Shown piece after piece: positions 31,104-39,990 of a DNA stretch of 64,000 nucleotides. Source of the stretch: Alphaproteobacteria bacterium (GTDB lineage Bacteria; Pseudomonadota; Alphaproteobacteria; SP197); assembly GCA_964291265.2 (NCBI GenBank), contig OZ219747.1:4000001-4064000 (forward strand), given 5' to 3'. A model generated the notes under the pieces. That model made no database searches. It had not been told where the DNA came from and was given only the letters and a program-made list of their open reading frames with translations. The translations under genes and the position numbers were made by a program. Every line of letters starts with the position of its first letter. Position 1 is the first letter of the stretch.

Positions 31104-32227
31104 CGTGCAGGTACTCCAAGAACGACCCCCAAGGCTCGCGCGGCCTCCAGTAGACTGTCGTCACCGGGATGTGTGTACTTGAGCGTTGTCTCCGGGTCGC
31201 TGTGACCAAGCAGTCGGCCGATGGTCACAATGCTCTCCCCCTGTCTGACAGCAATGCTGGCATAGGTATGCCGCAGATCGTGGAGGCGTACATCCTGTAG
31301 TCCTGTCTCCGCCCGAAGACGTTGCCAGAAGCGCTCAACAGGGGTGGTGGTCAGTGAGGTGGCAGTTCGCGGTGACGGGAAAACCCACGCCGATGTCCGG
31401 TGCAGGCCATCCAGGATCCTGCGTGCTGGCGTCGAAAGCCAGACCATTCGTGGCCCCACCTTGGAATCACTGAGATGAATGTGTCCGTTCCGATAATCTC
31501 TCCACCGCAGACTTACAACCTCCGTCTTGCGGCAACCGGTCAGCAAGAGCAGTCGTATGATAGCCACCGACGTCGGATAGGCGCCCTGGTACTTCTTCAG
31601 ATGGACGCCTATTCGATTGATTTCCTCCTCGGAGAGGAACCGCTCCCTTCCCTGCCTCCGGTAACGCCTGATGCCCCTGCACGGATTGCTGTCCTCGGGT
31701 CTGTACCCATATTTTTCCGCACAGGCCATGATGACCGAAAGAACCGGCGCGGCGCGGTCGGCTGACACGGGCGTCTTGTAGAGAGAAGCAAACCAATCCT
31801 GCACATCTGCAGCGGTGATGTCTCCGATCTGGCGCCCCTGGAACCAGGGAAGGAGTTGGTTCCTCAGATAGTATCGGTTGACTTCGAAGGTCCCGGGCTT
31901 CCAGTTGCTGCGTCCGTAACGGTCGAAGACCTCTTCTGCGACGGCCTTGAACAGTGTCTGGTCTGTTTGTGGTCGGGTTCCCCTCCGCGTGGCCGTCATC
32001 ATTGATCTTGCTCGTCTCCGTGCGTCTGCAAGACGAGTGACGTCAGCGTCACCCACGACGCGCCAGGCACGATGTCCCTCGTGCTGAACGTGGATGAAGT
32101 AGCACTTGCGGCCGGACGGGTAGACACGTACGCCGAAGCCTCTGAGATGCGGGTCTCGAATGTCACGAACATTCTTCCGGGGTCGCAGTGCCTTGACCCG
32201 ATCTTCGGTCAGTTTGGTTCTCGCCAT
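31100..32227 (-). CDS. Tyrosine recombinase with arm-binding N-terminus (copy B)
   Basis: GFGVRVYPSGRK, LLLLTGCRKTEV, DSKVG, RLHDLRHTYAS, LLGH, TLKYTH. ATGA overlap with copy A. Confidence 0.93.
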   Translation of the reverse strand: MARTKLTEDRVKALRPRKNVRDIRDPHLRGFGVRVYPSGRKCYFIHVQHEGHRAWRVVGDADVTRLADARRRARSMMTATRRGTRPQTDQTLFKAVAEEVFDRYGRSNWKPGTFEVNRYYLRNQLLPWFQGRQIGDITAADVQDWFASLYKTPVSADRAAPVLSVIMACAEKYGYRPEDSNPCRGIRRYRRQGRERFLSEEEINRIGVHLKKYQGAYPTSVAIIRLLLLTGCRKTEVVSLRWRDYRNGHIHLSDSKVGPRMVWLSTPARRILDGLHRTSAWVFPSPRTATSLTTTPVERFWQRLRAETGLQDVRLHDLRHTYASIAVRQGESIVTIGRLLGHSDPETTLKYTHPGDDSLLEAARALGVVLGVPAR

Positions 32228-32278
32228 GATCCTTCCCTTCGCCAGAGTTGCAGGTATGGGAAGAACCAGGGTAACTAC

Positions 32279-33757
32279 TCACCCCTTGTTAGGGTCTGGT
32301 TGTCCGTAGTGTTGGTTGAGGATGTCTACGGCCTTTCCGTCGAGGGCGATGTGGATGGCGACGTGAGGGTTGTAGCCGAGTGCGTCCATGGTGGTGAGGT
32401 AGCTTGAGCCGCGGCACCATGCTTTGGCGTGGGGCATGGTGCGGAAACATCCGGACACCTTGATCTTGACCTTTGTCATCCTGATCTTCTGCTCTCCGGT
32501 ATTATTTGTGAAACTGACGTTGGGGTCCTTCATGAAGCGCAGGACGGACTTCTCGTGTTTCACGAGACGTTCATGCAGGTTGTGCGCGTCGGACTTTGCG
32601 ATGCGTCCACGTTTTCCTTTCGTCCGTGGCGGGATGTCGGGCAGTTCCCTGGCGCCCTGGGTGAGGATGGTGCGGTAGCGCTTGCGCACGGCCCGGCGGT
32701 CGGCCTCGTTCAAGGTCTTGGATGCGCTCTTGTTGACCCTGCGGGAGACCTCGCGCAGCAGGCTTTTCATCAGTCGCGCCCAGCGGTAGCCGTTGGACTC
32801 GACGACGAAGGTCAGTTCGCGCAGGAGATGGCTGCCGCACAGTTGGTGGCGGCATTGATCGTAGCCCATGTAGGCAGCCCAGCAGTCGTGGATCAGGACG
32901 CCCTTGTAGCGCGGGATGATGCCGATCTCTTCGATCGCCTCCCGGCCGCGCTTGGGGTGCGGGAACTTGCACGTCAGGGTGCCGTCGGTGACGACATGGA
33001 GCCATTGGGTCTTGCCGGCGACCCGGAAGCCGGTCTCGTCGACATGCAGGGCCGGTTGTTGCAGGAGATGGGCCACGGCGGCCTCCTCCCATGATGCGAG
33101 GGCATCGTGAAAGCGCCGGACATAGCCGAGGCAGGTCGCCTCGGAGAGCTTGATGCCGGAGATCGCGTGCACGAGCGAGACGGCACGACGCAGGGACAGC
33201 ATCTGGGCGATCAGCAGGTTGATGACGAGGGCCTGGATGCTGACGCCGTACTGCAGGGGGCCCGGCATGTTGTCTGGGAACCGGCCCTTGGTCCGGGCCC
33301 GGCACTTCGGACATTCCTTGATCTCGGCTTCGACGCGGCGCTCGACGACTTCGAACACGATGTCGTAGAGGACGCGGCACTCCCGGTCGACGGGGTCAAC
33401 GTCGTGGAGGTCGGCGCCGCAGGCGTCGCAGGCATCAACGACGATCGTCTCCTCGACGGTGGTCGTGCGCAGGTTGTCGCCCGTCTGCTGGTTCGGCTTC
33501 GGGCCCTTGCCGTGGCTCCCGGTGCGCCTCGCGCTCTCGTCCTTGTCAGTCTGCGATGGCGGCAGACCGGAGTTCCGGCTTGTCTTACGTGTGATCTTCT
33601 CCATGAGCACGGTCAGCAACAGCTTTATCAGCATCAGCATGCCGCGGAAGAGCTCCTCGCACTCCTGGTTGACCTTGCCCTGCTTGCGGAGATCCTGGAA
33701 CTGCTTCTGGAAGATGTCGGCCTCCTGGCGCACAGACGTGCCGTTCACGCTCGCCAT
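32279..33757 (-). CDS. IS66 transposase (TnpC)
   Basis: KTSRNSGLPPS, CxxC...CxxC zinc finger, LHVDETG, LIHDCW, HQLCGSHLLREL, FTNNTGEQKIR. Confidence 0.92.
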   Translation of the reverse strand: MASVNGTSVRQEADIFQKQFQDLRKQGKVNQECEELFRGMLMLIKLLLTVLMEKITRKTSRNSGLPPSQTDKDESARRTGSHGKGPKPNQQTGDNLRTTTVEETIVVDACDACGADLHDVDPVDRECRVLYDIVFEVVERRVEAEIKECPKCRARTKGRFPDNMPGPLQYGVSIQALVINLLIAQMLSLRRAVSLVHAISGIKLSEATCLGYVRRFHDALASWEEAAVAHLLQQPALHVDETGFRVAGKTQWLHVVTDGTLTCKFPHPKRGREAIEEIGIIPRYKGVLIHDCWAAYMGYDQCRHQLCGSHLLRELTFVVESNGYRWARLMKSLLREVSRRVNKSASKTLNEADRRAVRKRYRTILTQGARELPDIPPRTKGKRGRIAKSDAHNLHERLVKHEKSVLRFMKDPNVSFTNNTGEQKIRMTKVKIKVSGCFRTMPHAKAWCRGSSYLTTMDALGYNPHVAIHIALDGKAVDILNQHYGQPDPNKG

Positions 33758-34419
33758 GACGACGCCTCCACCGCCATGACAGCCGCCAGCACGGCGAGCC
33801 GCTCGCCTTCGGGCATCGTCCGGTAGCGCCGCGCCCAGCTCTCTGCGAGGCGCTTGATGCGCTGGCGGTCGATCGAGTTCCTGCCCGCACACGTATGCCA
33901 GTGCGGTCGGCCCGGTGCGAAGTTGAACCACAGCTTCTCGGTGACAACGCAGGCCTGGTTGTTGACCTGGACCTCGGCCGAGCGCCAGCCGGCGAGGTGC
34001 GTGTCGTAGAGCCGCGAGGGATAGCCGGAGATCATCACCTGGCAGGGCAGCGACGTCAGGATGTCGAGGAGCGCAACATGGTCATCGTCCGTGCAGTCGA
34101 AGCGGTAGCGGCGCTGCGACCGGCGCGTCGACTGCACGTAAGGCGGGTCGCAGTAGACCAGCTCGCGGCCCTGGAAGGCGAAGGTCTCGAGAAAACGCAG
34201 GGCGCAGCCTTGGTGAAGCTCCACCGGATAGTCACAGCGGAAGGTGTCGATCGCCCGTCGGTTGAGGTCGATGCCGATGCTGCGCAGCGCCGGTGGCTTG
34301 CGCTTCATGATCGCGCCGCCCCCAAGGAACGCCTCGATGTACACGTCATGCGGCGGCATGGCCGCGACGATCGCCTGGCTCAGACCCGTCGTCGCCTTCG
34401 ATCCATACCATGCCGCCAT
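33745..34419 (-). CDS. Short Dam-like (D12 class) N6-adenine DNA methyltransferase
   Basis: WYGSK, YIEAFLGGGA (motif I), VYCDPPY (motif IV), VMISGY. Overlaps the tnpC start. Confidence 0.88.
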   Translation of the reverse strand: MAAWYGSKATTGLSQAIVAAMPPHDVYIEAFLGGGAIMKRKPPALRSIGIDLNRRAIDTFRCDYPVELHQGCALRFLETFAFQGRELVYCDPPYVQSTRRSQRRYRFDCTDDDHVALLDILTSLPCQVMISGYPSRLYDTHLAGWRSAEVQVNNQACVVTEKLWFNFAPGRPHWHTCAGRNSIDRQRIKRLAESWARRYRTMPEGERLAVLAAVMAVEASSWRA

Positions 34420-34734
34420 CAATATCTCCGACGCAAACCGCCCCGATGGCCTGCATGTAGAGTGCCCCTCCTACAATGTCAAGCGCATATCTCCAGAGGA
34501 TTGGAAAGGCAGCCAACCGCTGTGGATGATTGCATCATCACGGGGACAAAACCTGGCCATATAAGGCCGGAACGTGGAGCTGAAGCCGAAGATCGATCCG
34601 CTTCTTGTCAGTCGGAACACGCACATCCGATCATCGGAAGCGAGCAAGTGAAGGCGGCAAGAGACAATGCCGGATCCGAACCCGTCAGGAAAAACGATCC
34701 GTCATCAGTAGGGGGTGAGTAGTTACGAACCAGG

Positions 34735-34800
34735 AATACACCCCCCAATACAGCAATTGTGAGAGAATTATTATACAACTTTAACAGTCAGTTAATATCC
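34735..34800 (-). promoter_or_regulatory. AT-rich putative recombinase promoter / recombination-site region, cut off from the recombinases by IS66
   Basis: TATAAT on the minus strand (34775-34770), TTAA-N7-TTAA at 34781-34795, direct repeat aataca-cccccc-aataca. Confidence 0.5.
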
Positions 34801-34809
34801 AGTGTGCGC

Positions 34810-34843
34810 CCACTGGTGTGGCCGCCGACGAGATGATGGCCGA
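34810..34843 (+). repeat. 34-bp inverted repeat, right copy (5' boundary of porin 2)
   Basis: ccactggtgtggccgccgacgagatgatggccga. Similarity to porin 1 stops abruptly upstream of 34810. Confidence 0.95.
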
Positions 34844-35897
34844 TGATATGGCCGCCGACGAGATGATGGCCCAGCCGATCTCGCTCAGCGTTGGTGGCCG
34901 GTCGCACTGGGGTGTTGCGATGTTTGACAATGAAGCAGCACCGAACAGTGACGATGTCAGGATTTCGAACGATGCCCTGTTGACCTTCTCGGGTTCTACG
35001 GTTCTTGACAGCGGTATCGAAGTGGCCGTGAGAATCGAGGTCGAGGGCGAGCAAAGTAACGATCAGGCGGATGCCAAATTTGCTGACATTTCCGGCAGTT
35101 TTGGCACTATTCGAATCGGCAATGAAGATACTGTCGCCAAGAAAATGGCTACGACCGCACCGTACGCGACCTTCTTCTACGGGATCAACGACAACTATTG
35201 GGCGCAGTCAGCGTCAAGCGTTGGATCTGAACTCTGGATGACTACATACGTGGATGCTGGTGCGGGAGCTTCTGCGTCTGTCCTGTATTTTTCGCCTGTG
35301 TTCAATGGGTTCCAGTTCGGTCTCTCGTACGCACCAGAGGCCGGGGAAGAGGCTCTCTCTGCAACGGCGCCTACGGCCAAAGGCAATGATCTCTACTCCA
35401 TCGGCCTTCGCTACGATGGCGCTTTCGGGGATGTAGGCGTTACGGTCGCAGGTGGCTACGCCAGTAAGGACGTTGCGGCGGTCATGGCCGCCGCTGCAAA
35501 ACAACCCTCACCCGGCGACCCTGGCTCTGCGGCAGTGGCTGCCGCACCCGGGATGACCGTAACGGAGTGGGGCGGTGGTGTCGTCGTGTCCATGTCGGGC
35601 GTGTCACTGGGCGGCTCCATGAGTGTCATGGACGACGACATGGGCAAGGAAGACCTGACGCAATTCGATGTCGGGATCATGTATGCTGACGGTCCATGGT
35701 CAGTCAGTGCGAACTTTGGCAATCAGCAAGATGATGACGCGATGCTCGACAACGACTTCGCGCGCTTGCTCGCCAACTACAATCTTGGTCCTGGCGTCAA
35801 CCTTGCCGGCGCCATTGGTGTCGATTCACCCAACGATGGCGACAACGACGGAAAGGATACTTCCTTCGCAGGCATTGCGCTGGGGATCAGTTTCTGA
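34812..35897 (+). CDS. Porin copy 2: intact mature domain without start codon or signal peptide (silent cassette)
   Basis: TGVAADEMMADDMAADEMMAQPISLSVGG...FSGSTVLDSGIEV...YNLGPGVNL...GISF. Open frame throughout, but the first ~17 codons of porin 1 have no counterpart and there is no RBS. Confidence 0.88.
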   Translation, partial: TGVAADEMMADDMAADEMMAQPISLSVGGRSHWGVAMFDNEAAPNSDDVRISNDALLTFSGSTVLDSGIEVAVRIEVEGEQSNDQADAKFADISGSFGTIRIGNEDTVAKKMATTAPYATFFYGINDNYWAQSASSVGSELWMTTYVDAGAGASASVLYFSPVFNGFQFGLSYAPEAGEEALSATAPTAKGNDLYSIGLRYDGAFGDVGVTVAGGYASKDVAAVMAAAAKQPSPGDPGSAAVAAAPGMTVTEWGGGVVVSMSGVSLGGSMSVMDDDMGKEDLTQFDVGIMYADGPWSVSANFGNQQDDDAMLDNDFARLLANYNLGPGVNLAGAIGVDSPNDGDNDGKDTSFAGIALGISF

Positions 35898-35919
35898 CCA
35901 TCAGACCGGTACCTTCTTC

Positions 35920-35960
35920 CGTGTTATCTGGAGCGGCCCCTGCGGCCGCTCCCTCTTTCC
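35920..35960 (+). terminator. Stem-loop between porin 2 and sulfotransferase 2
   Basis: ggagcggcc-cctgc-ggccgctcc-ctcttt, homologous to the hairpin after porin 1. Confidence 0.55.
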
Positions 35961-35982
35961 TGTGGGAACGCTGAGCCACACC

Positions 35983-36819
35983 ATGGGCGACATTGTCTGG
36001 CTGGCCAGCTATCCGAAGTCGGGCAACACGTGGATCCGTGCGCTTCTTCACAACCTCTTTCGGAACCGGAACGATCCTGTCGACGTCAACAGGATGCACG
36101 GCGATCTCACCCAGAGTGACGGGATGCTGACGTGGTACCGGATACTGGACAAACGTCCCTGCGGAGAGTGGAGTTCGCAAGACGTGGCGCGCATGCGTCC
36201 CAGGGTTGACGCACTGATTGCCAGAACGTCACCCGGGTCCATTGTCTGCAAGACCCACAATGCCCTGCTCACGTCACATGGCTATCCGACCATCAACCTG
36301 GAGGTGACGTCAGGCGCAGTCTACATCGTGAGAAACCCGCTTGATGTGACCTCCTCGTTCGCTGACTTCCTGGGGGTGGACCTTGACAGGGCCATTGAAT
36401 TCATGGGCACGGATCATCTTGAGACACAGAACGATCCCTCGCTCAACAATGTTCAGCTGATGCTTGGAAGCTGGTCGCAACATGTCAAGAGCTGGACAGA
36501 CAGACCCAACCGTCAGCTTCACGTGGTTCGCTACGAAGACCTGCATGAAGATCCGGCTCGAACACTGAGGCACCTGGCACGATTCCTTGGCCTGAAGCCC
36601 TCGCGTCAGAGAGTGCTGCGTGCAATCAGGAATTCGTCGTTCAAGGTCATGCATGGTCAGGAGAAGAGGCAGGGTTTCAAGGAGCGCTCCCCCTTTCAGC
36701 AACGTTTCTTTCGCCGCGGCAAGACCGGGAGCTGGAAGGACGAACTGAGCGAGAGCCAGGTCCGGCGGATCTGCGAAGCCCATGGCGAGCAGATGAAACG
36801 CTTCGGCTATCTGCCTTGA
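35983..36819 (+). CDS. Sulfotransferase (copy 2)
   Basis: MGDIVWLASYPKSGNTW, KTHN, IVRNPLDVTSS, RYEDL, FFRRGKTGSW. Paralog of 25184-26029. Confidence 0.92.
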   Translation: MGDIVWLASYPKSGNTWIRALLHNLFRNRNDPVDVNRMHGDLTQSDGMLTWYRILDKRPCGEWSSQDVARMRPRVDALIARTSPGSIVCKTHNALLTSHGYPTINLEVTSGAVYIVRNPLDVTSSFADFLGVDLDRAIEFMGTDHLETQNDPSLNNVQLMLGSWSQHVKSWTDRPNRQLHVVRYEDLHEDPARTLRHLARFLGLKPSRQRVLRAIRNSSFKVMHGQEKRQGFKERSPFQQRFFRRGKTGSWKDELSESQVRRICEAHGEQMKRFGYLP

Positions 36820-36896
36820 GGTACCTGAGAACCCTGCTTCATGTGCTCTGATCGGGGAATTCGCCAAGCCCGTGCGCATCGGCTATCGTGTTGCGC

Positions 36897-37135
36897 ATGA
36901 CCGACCCAGGCGCCGTGGAACTGGCAGAGAAGCTGGCCGTACTGGAGGGACCTTGCAAGCCGAGTACAAGACCGATATCGCCCGGCTGGCCGAGGACATT
37001 GCCAGGCGGGACGTGGAAGCCGCCAAGCGGGACGCGGAGGCCGCCAGGCGGGAAACTCGGCTGATCTTGACGTTTGCAGGGCTCCTGGCCTTCGCCGTCA
37101 CAGTTCTTGGCCTGCTGATCCGCTGGCCCGGATGA
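36897..37135 (+). pseudogene. Small coiled-coil + C-terminal TM protein, frameshifted
   Basis: MTDPGAVELAEKLAVLE, then a frameshift to LQAEYKTDIARLAEDIARRD...RLILTFAGLLAFAVTVLGLLIRWPG*. Confidence 0.5.
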
Positions 37136-38739
37136 AGGAAATGCAGGCGCCTGGCGGACCTGAAAGGCGCGCGTGGCACCGCGACAGGCCAGCGATGGCA
37201 AGGCTGGAAGTCGTTCTCGCATCCTGACTTGCTTTCATGGGGTTGCCCGTCGGGGAATTGCCGGCGCGCAAGCGTTCGGTCACGAGGTGGGTCCTTTCTC
37301 CCTATCGGATCTCCGCTGAGGGCACTGTCGGCGATCTCTTCCCCGAACCGCCCAGCGGTGTCGTCAAGCCGGATCGGCCTCGACGCGCCGGGACACATTC
37401 CGCCCTGTCGACGGAACACCTTCACGCTACCGCGCTGGCGGCATCGAGGACGCAGCCTGCAGGGCAAGGCGCGCCGCACGCGGCGTCCGGAAGCCCTCGA
37501 TCAGGCCGGCAAGGCGATCGGCCGGGAGCGCGGGTGCACGAGTCCGTCGTCGGTATCGCGATCGCCCGTCGCCAATCCTGGCGAGGGATGTCATGGCCCG
37601 TTTCTTCAGCATGCCTTCCCGGCGATACATCTCGCCGTGGTGTTCTTGTCGAGGGTGTCTGCGTCTCCAGGGAAACAAGGACTGTCATGTCGATCCGACA
37701 CCGAAAGCCGGTTGGCCGCGTCAGAATTTCTGTCCTCGATGTCGCCCCCTTTGACGATGAGCGCACAATCCGGCATTGAAGGGACCTCTTCGGGCCGGAG
37801 GCACATCCGCCATGGATGATCCCAGCCCCGGTCCCGCTACCCTGCGGCGGCTCTCGATGTATGCAAGGTGCCATGGACGGCTTCACGAACAGGAGGGTGA
37901 GAGTGGTTGTTCCCGGTCACGACAGTTTGCCGCGCTTGCGACCGGCGCCTTCATGGCGCTCGAGAGCATGCGCCGGTCCGGTGCGTCCGCGGAGAAGTCG
38001 ACCGTCCCACCCGCCAGCGACGGAACGGCCTTCGTCAGTGAGCTTTCCCAACAGTTCCGCAGAAGCACCACCATCCCCGACGCAACCTTCCTGATGTTCC
38101 ACAGGCTGTCATCGCCGTTGGCCCTGCCCGGCCTTCGATCTGGGAAAATATGATGAGCGGCGTGACTGACACCACGGATGTCGACGGCGGGTTCATCGCG
38201 CCACATAATCCCGTCATTCCCAAGGAGACACAGAGGGAACTCAATGGTCAGGCTTCCGACAAGGCTCGCGCGGCCCCTTGTTCCGGGAACCAGGAAGGGC
38301 AACGGTCTCGCCGTGAGACTGCCAGTTTCCTTGCAGCGCTCCCTCGGCGCGGCGGCTTGACGTTCTGCTGTTCGAGACCGTCGACACCGACTCGAGGCCG
38401 CAAGTGCGTCCATGCTGCCGCACCCGGCATGGGGAGCTGTCATCGATGCCGGGAGGCGCTGCGACAGTGCCCGGCTTGCTCGCTGGCCAACAACGGAAGT
38501 GGACTATTTCGAGGAAGAATCATGATTCACGCTCTTTCCGCCAGTCCCGGCTCGTGCGTCCGGGGTGGGGACCGTCAAGGGCCCCTTCCCGTTCCGGCCT
38601 GCCGACGCATCGATGTCACGGTTACTCCGAAGACATCGGGCGTCCGTCCAGACATCCAGGTTCAGGGCGCGGTGACCGTGCCGACATTCGACACTCCCAT
38701 GCAGGCGCCTACCGCTGTCCTTGTCCTGCGGTGCCCGGG

Positions 38740-39807
38740 ATGACCGGCACGTTTCTCGGGGCCATCGTGGTCCCCCGGGCGAGGTGCGGCGCACTTGCCG
38801 TGCTGACCTTTGTTCTGATCGCCTTCGTCATGGCCGCGCCGGGTCCGGCCGCGGCGGAAGATCGCGCCTCGTGCGATGCCGCCGCGCCGCTTCGTACCGT
38901 CAACCTGAACCCGTTCCACATCGCTCATGGTCCGCCGTCCTCGTTCGGCGCCTGCGTTCTTTCGCCGGACACGACGGAGTTCATCGCATCTGTCGACATT
39001 GCATCGCACATGGGCGAGGCGCGCTCCGGCCGGGAACATCTGTGGATGGACGGCGAGACCTCCAGGTATGCCCTCGCGGCCCGACAAGGTTTTCGTGACG
39101 GCTGGGAGTACCTGCTCGAACTGTCGGTGGTGTCGCACAGTGCCGGCATGTTCGACGGGTTCATCGAGAACTGGCATTCCGCGTTCGGCCTGCCTCAGGG
39201 CGGGCGGGACAGCGCACCCCGCGACCGGCTCGCCATAGGCTACGCCAGGAACGGTCAAACCCGTGTCGACATTCGCGACAAGGTCGACTCGATCGGGGAC
39301 CTGCGGCTCGGGATCGGCCATGATCTGGGAAAGGAATTCCTGTCGAACGACGGCCTGGCGCTGCGCGGTATGGTGAGGCTGCCGACGGGAGACGAGGACG
39401 CACTGGCCGGTTCCGGCGGCGTCTCGACCGCGATCTGGGCGGAGACGTCGGGACCACTTCCCGGCTCGCGGGATTGGCTCTACGGCGGGGCGCTGGGGGC
39501 GCTCGCCGGAAGCGCTCCCGATCCCCTCTACGGGACCGGAGGCAGGTTCGTGGCATTCGGCCGTCTCGCGCTCACCTGGCGGCTCCTTCCCCGCCTCTCC
39601 CTGACCGCGCAGGCGGATGCCCATTCCTCGCCCTGGAGGCGTTCATCTCTGGCCCCGCTCGCCGGTCCGGTCATCATGTTCGGCATGGGAGGCAGGTTGA
39701 AGATCAGCCGCGACACGACCCTGGAAATCGCCGTCACGGAAGATGACGGCTGGCGCCAGGCCGCGCCCGATGTCGGCATCCATGCAGCCCTCCGCTGGAC
39801 CCCTTGA
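38740..39807 (+). CDS. DUF3187-like outer-membrane beta-barrel protein
   Basis: Signal-like N-terminus, PLRTVNLNPF, MDGETSR, FDGFIENWHSAFGLPQGGRD, LPTGD...GSG, AVTED..APD. Confidence 0.75.
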   Translation: MTGTFLGAIVVPRARCGALAVLTFVLIAFVMAAPGPAAAEDRASCDAAAPLRTVNLNPFHIAHGPPSSFGACVLSPDTTEFIASVDIASHMGEARSGREHLWMDGETSRYALAARQGFRDGWEYLLELSVVSHSAGMFDGFIENWHSAFGLPQGGRDSAPRDRLAIGYARNGQTRVDIRDKVDSIGDLRLGIGHDLGKEFLSNDGLALRGMVRLPTGDEDALAGSGGVSTAIWAETSGPLPGSRDWLYGGALGALAGSAPDPLYGTGGRFVAFGRLALTWRLLPRLSLTAQADAHSSPWRRSSLAPLAGPVIMFGMGGRLKISRDTTLEIAVTEDDGWRQAAPDVGIHAALRWTP

Positions 39808-39990
39808 GAAACGGCGCGGAACTCGAAGGCACGATGCCTCCGGCGATCGTCGACGGAGAGTCGGGGATGTCCGAAACACGAAACACAGACTGAGGGCGCG
39901 GGGTCCCACAGCGTCGACCCGGGACTCAGATCCGGCTCACGTGTCGGCCATGGGTGGAATGCGCCGGCAATACGCATCGTTGGACGTCGG

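Larger units (their letters stand above)
32271..34726 (-). mobile_element. IS66-family element carrying a DNA methyltransferase (2456 bp)
   Basis: Perfect 15-bp terminal IRs gtaactactcacccc / ggggtgagtagttac and an 8-bp TSD gaaccagg at 32263-32270 and 34727-34734. Confidence 0.93.

Noticed and set aside
29973-32227. Prophage or ICE integrase locus
   Set aside because: No structural, replication or conjugation genes, and the flanking repeats are inverted rather than direct.
33745-34419. Restriction-modification system
   Set aside because: No endonuclease nearby; the methylase lies within the IS66 terminal repeats.
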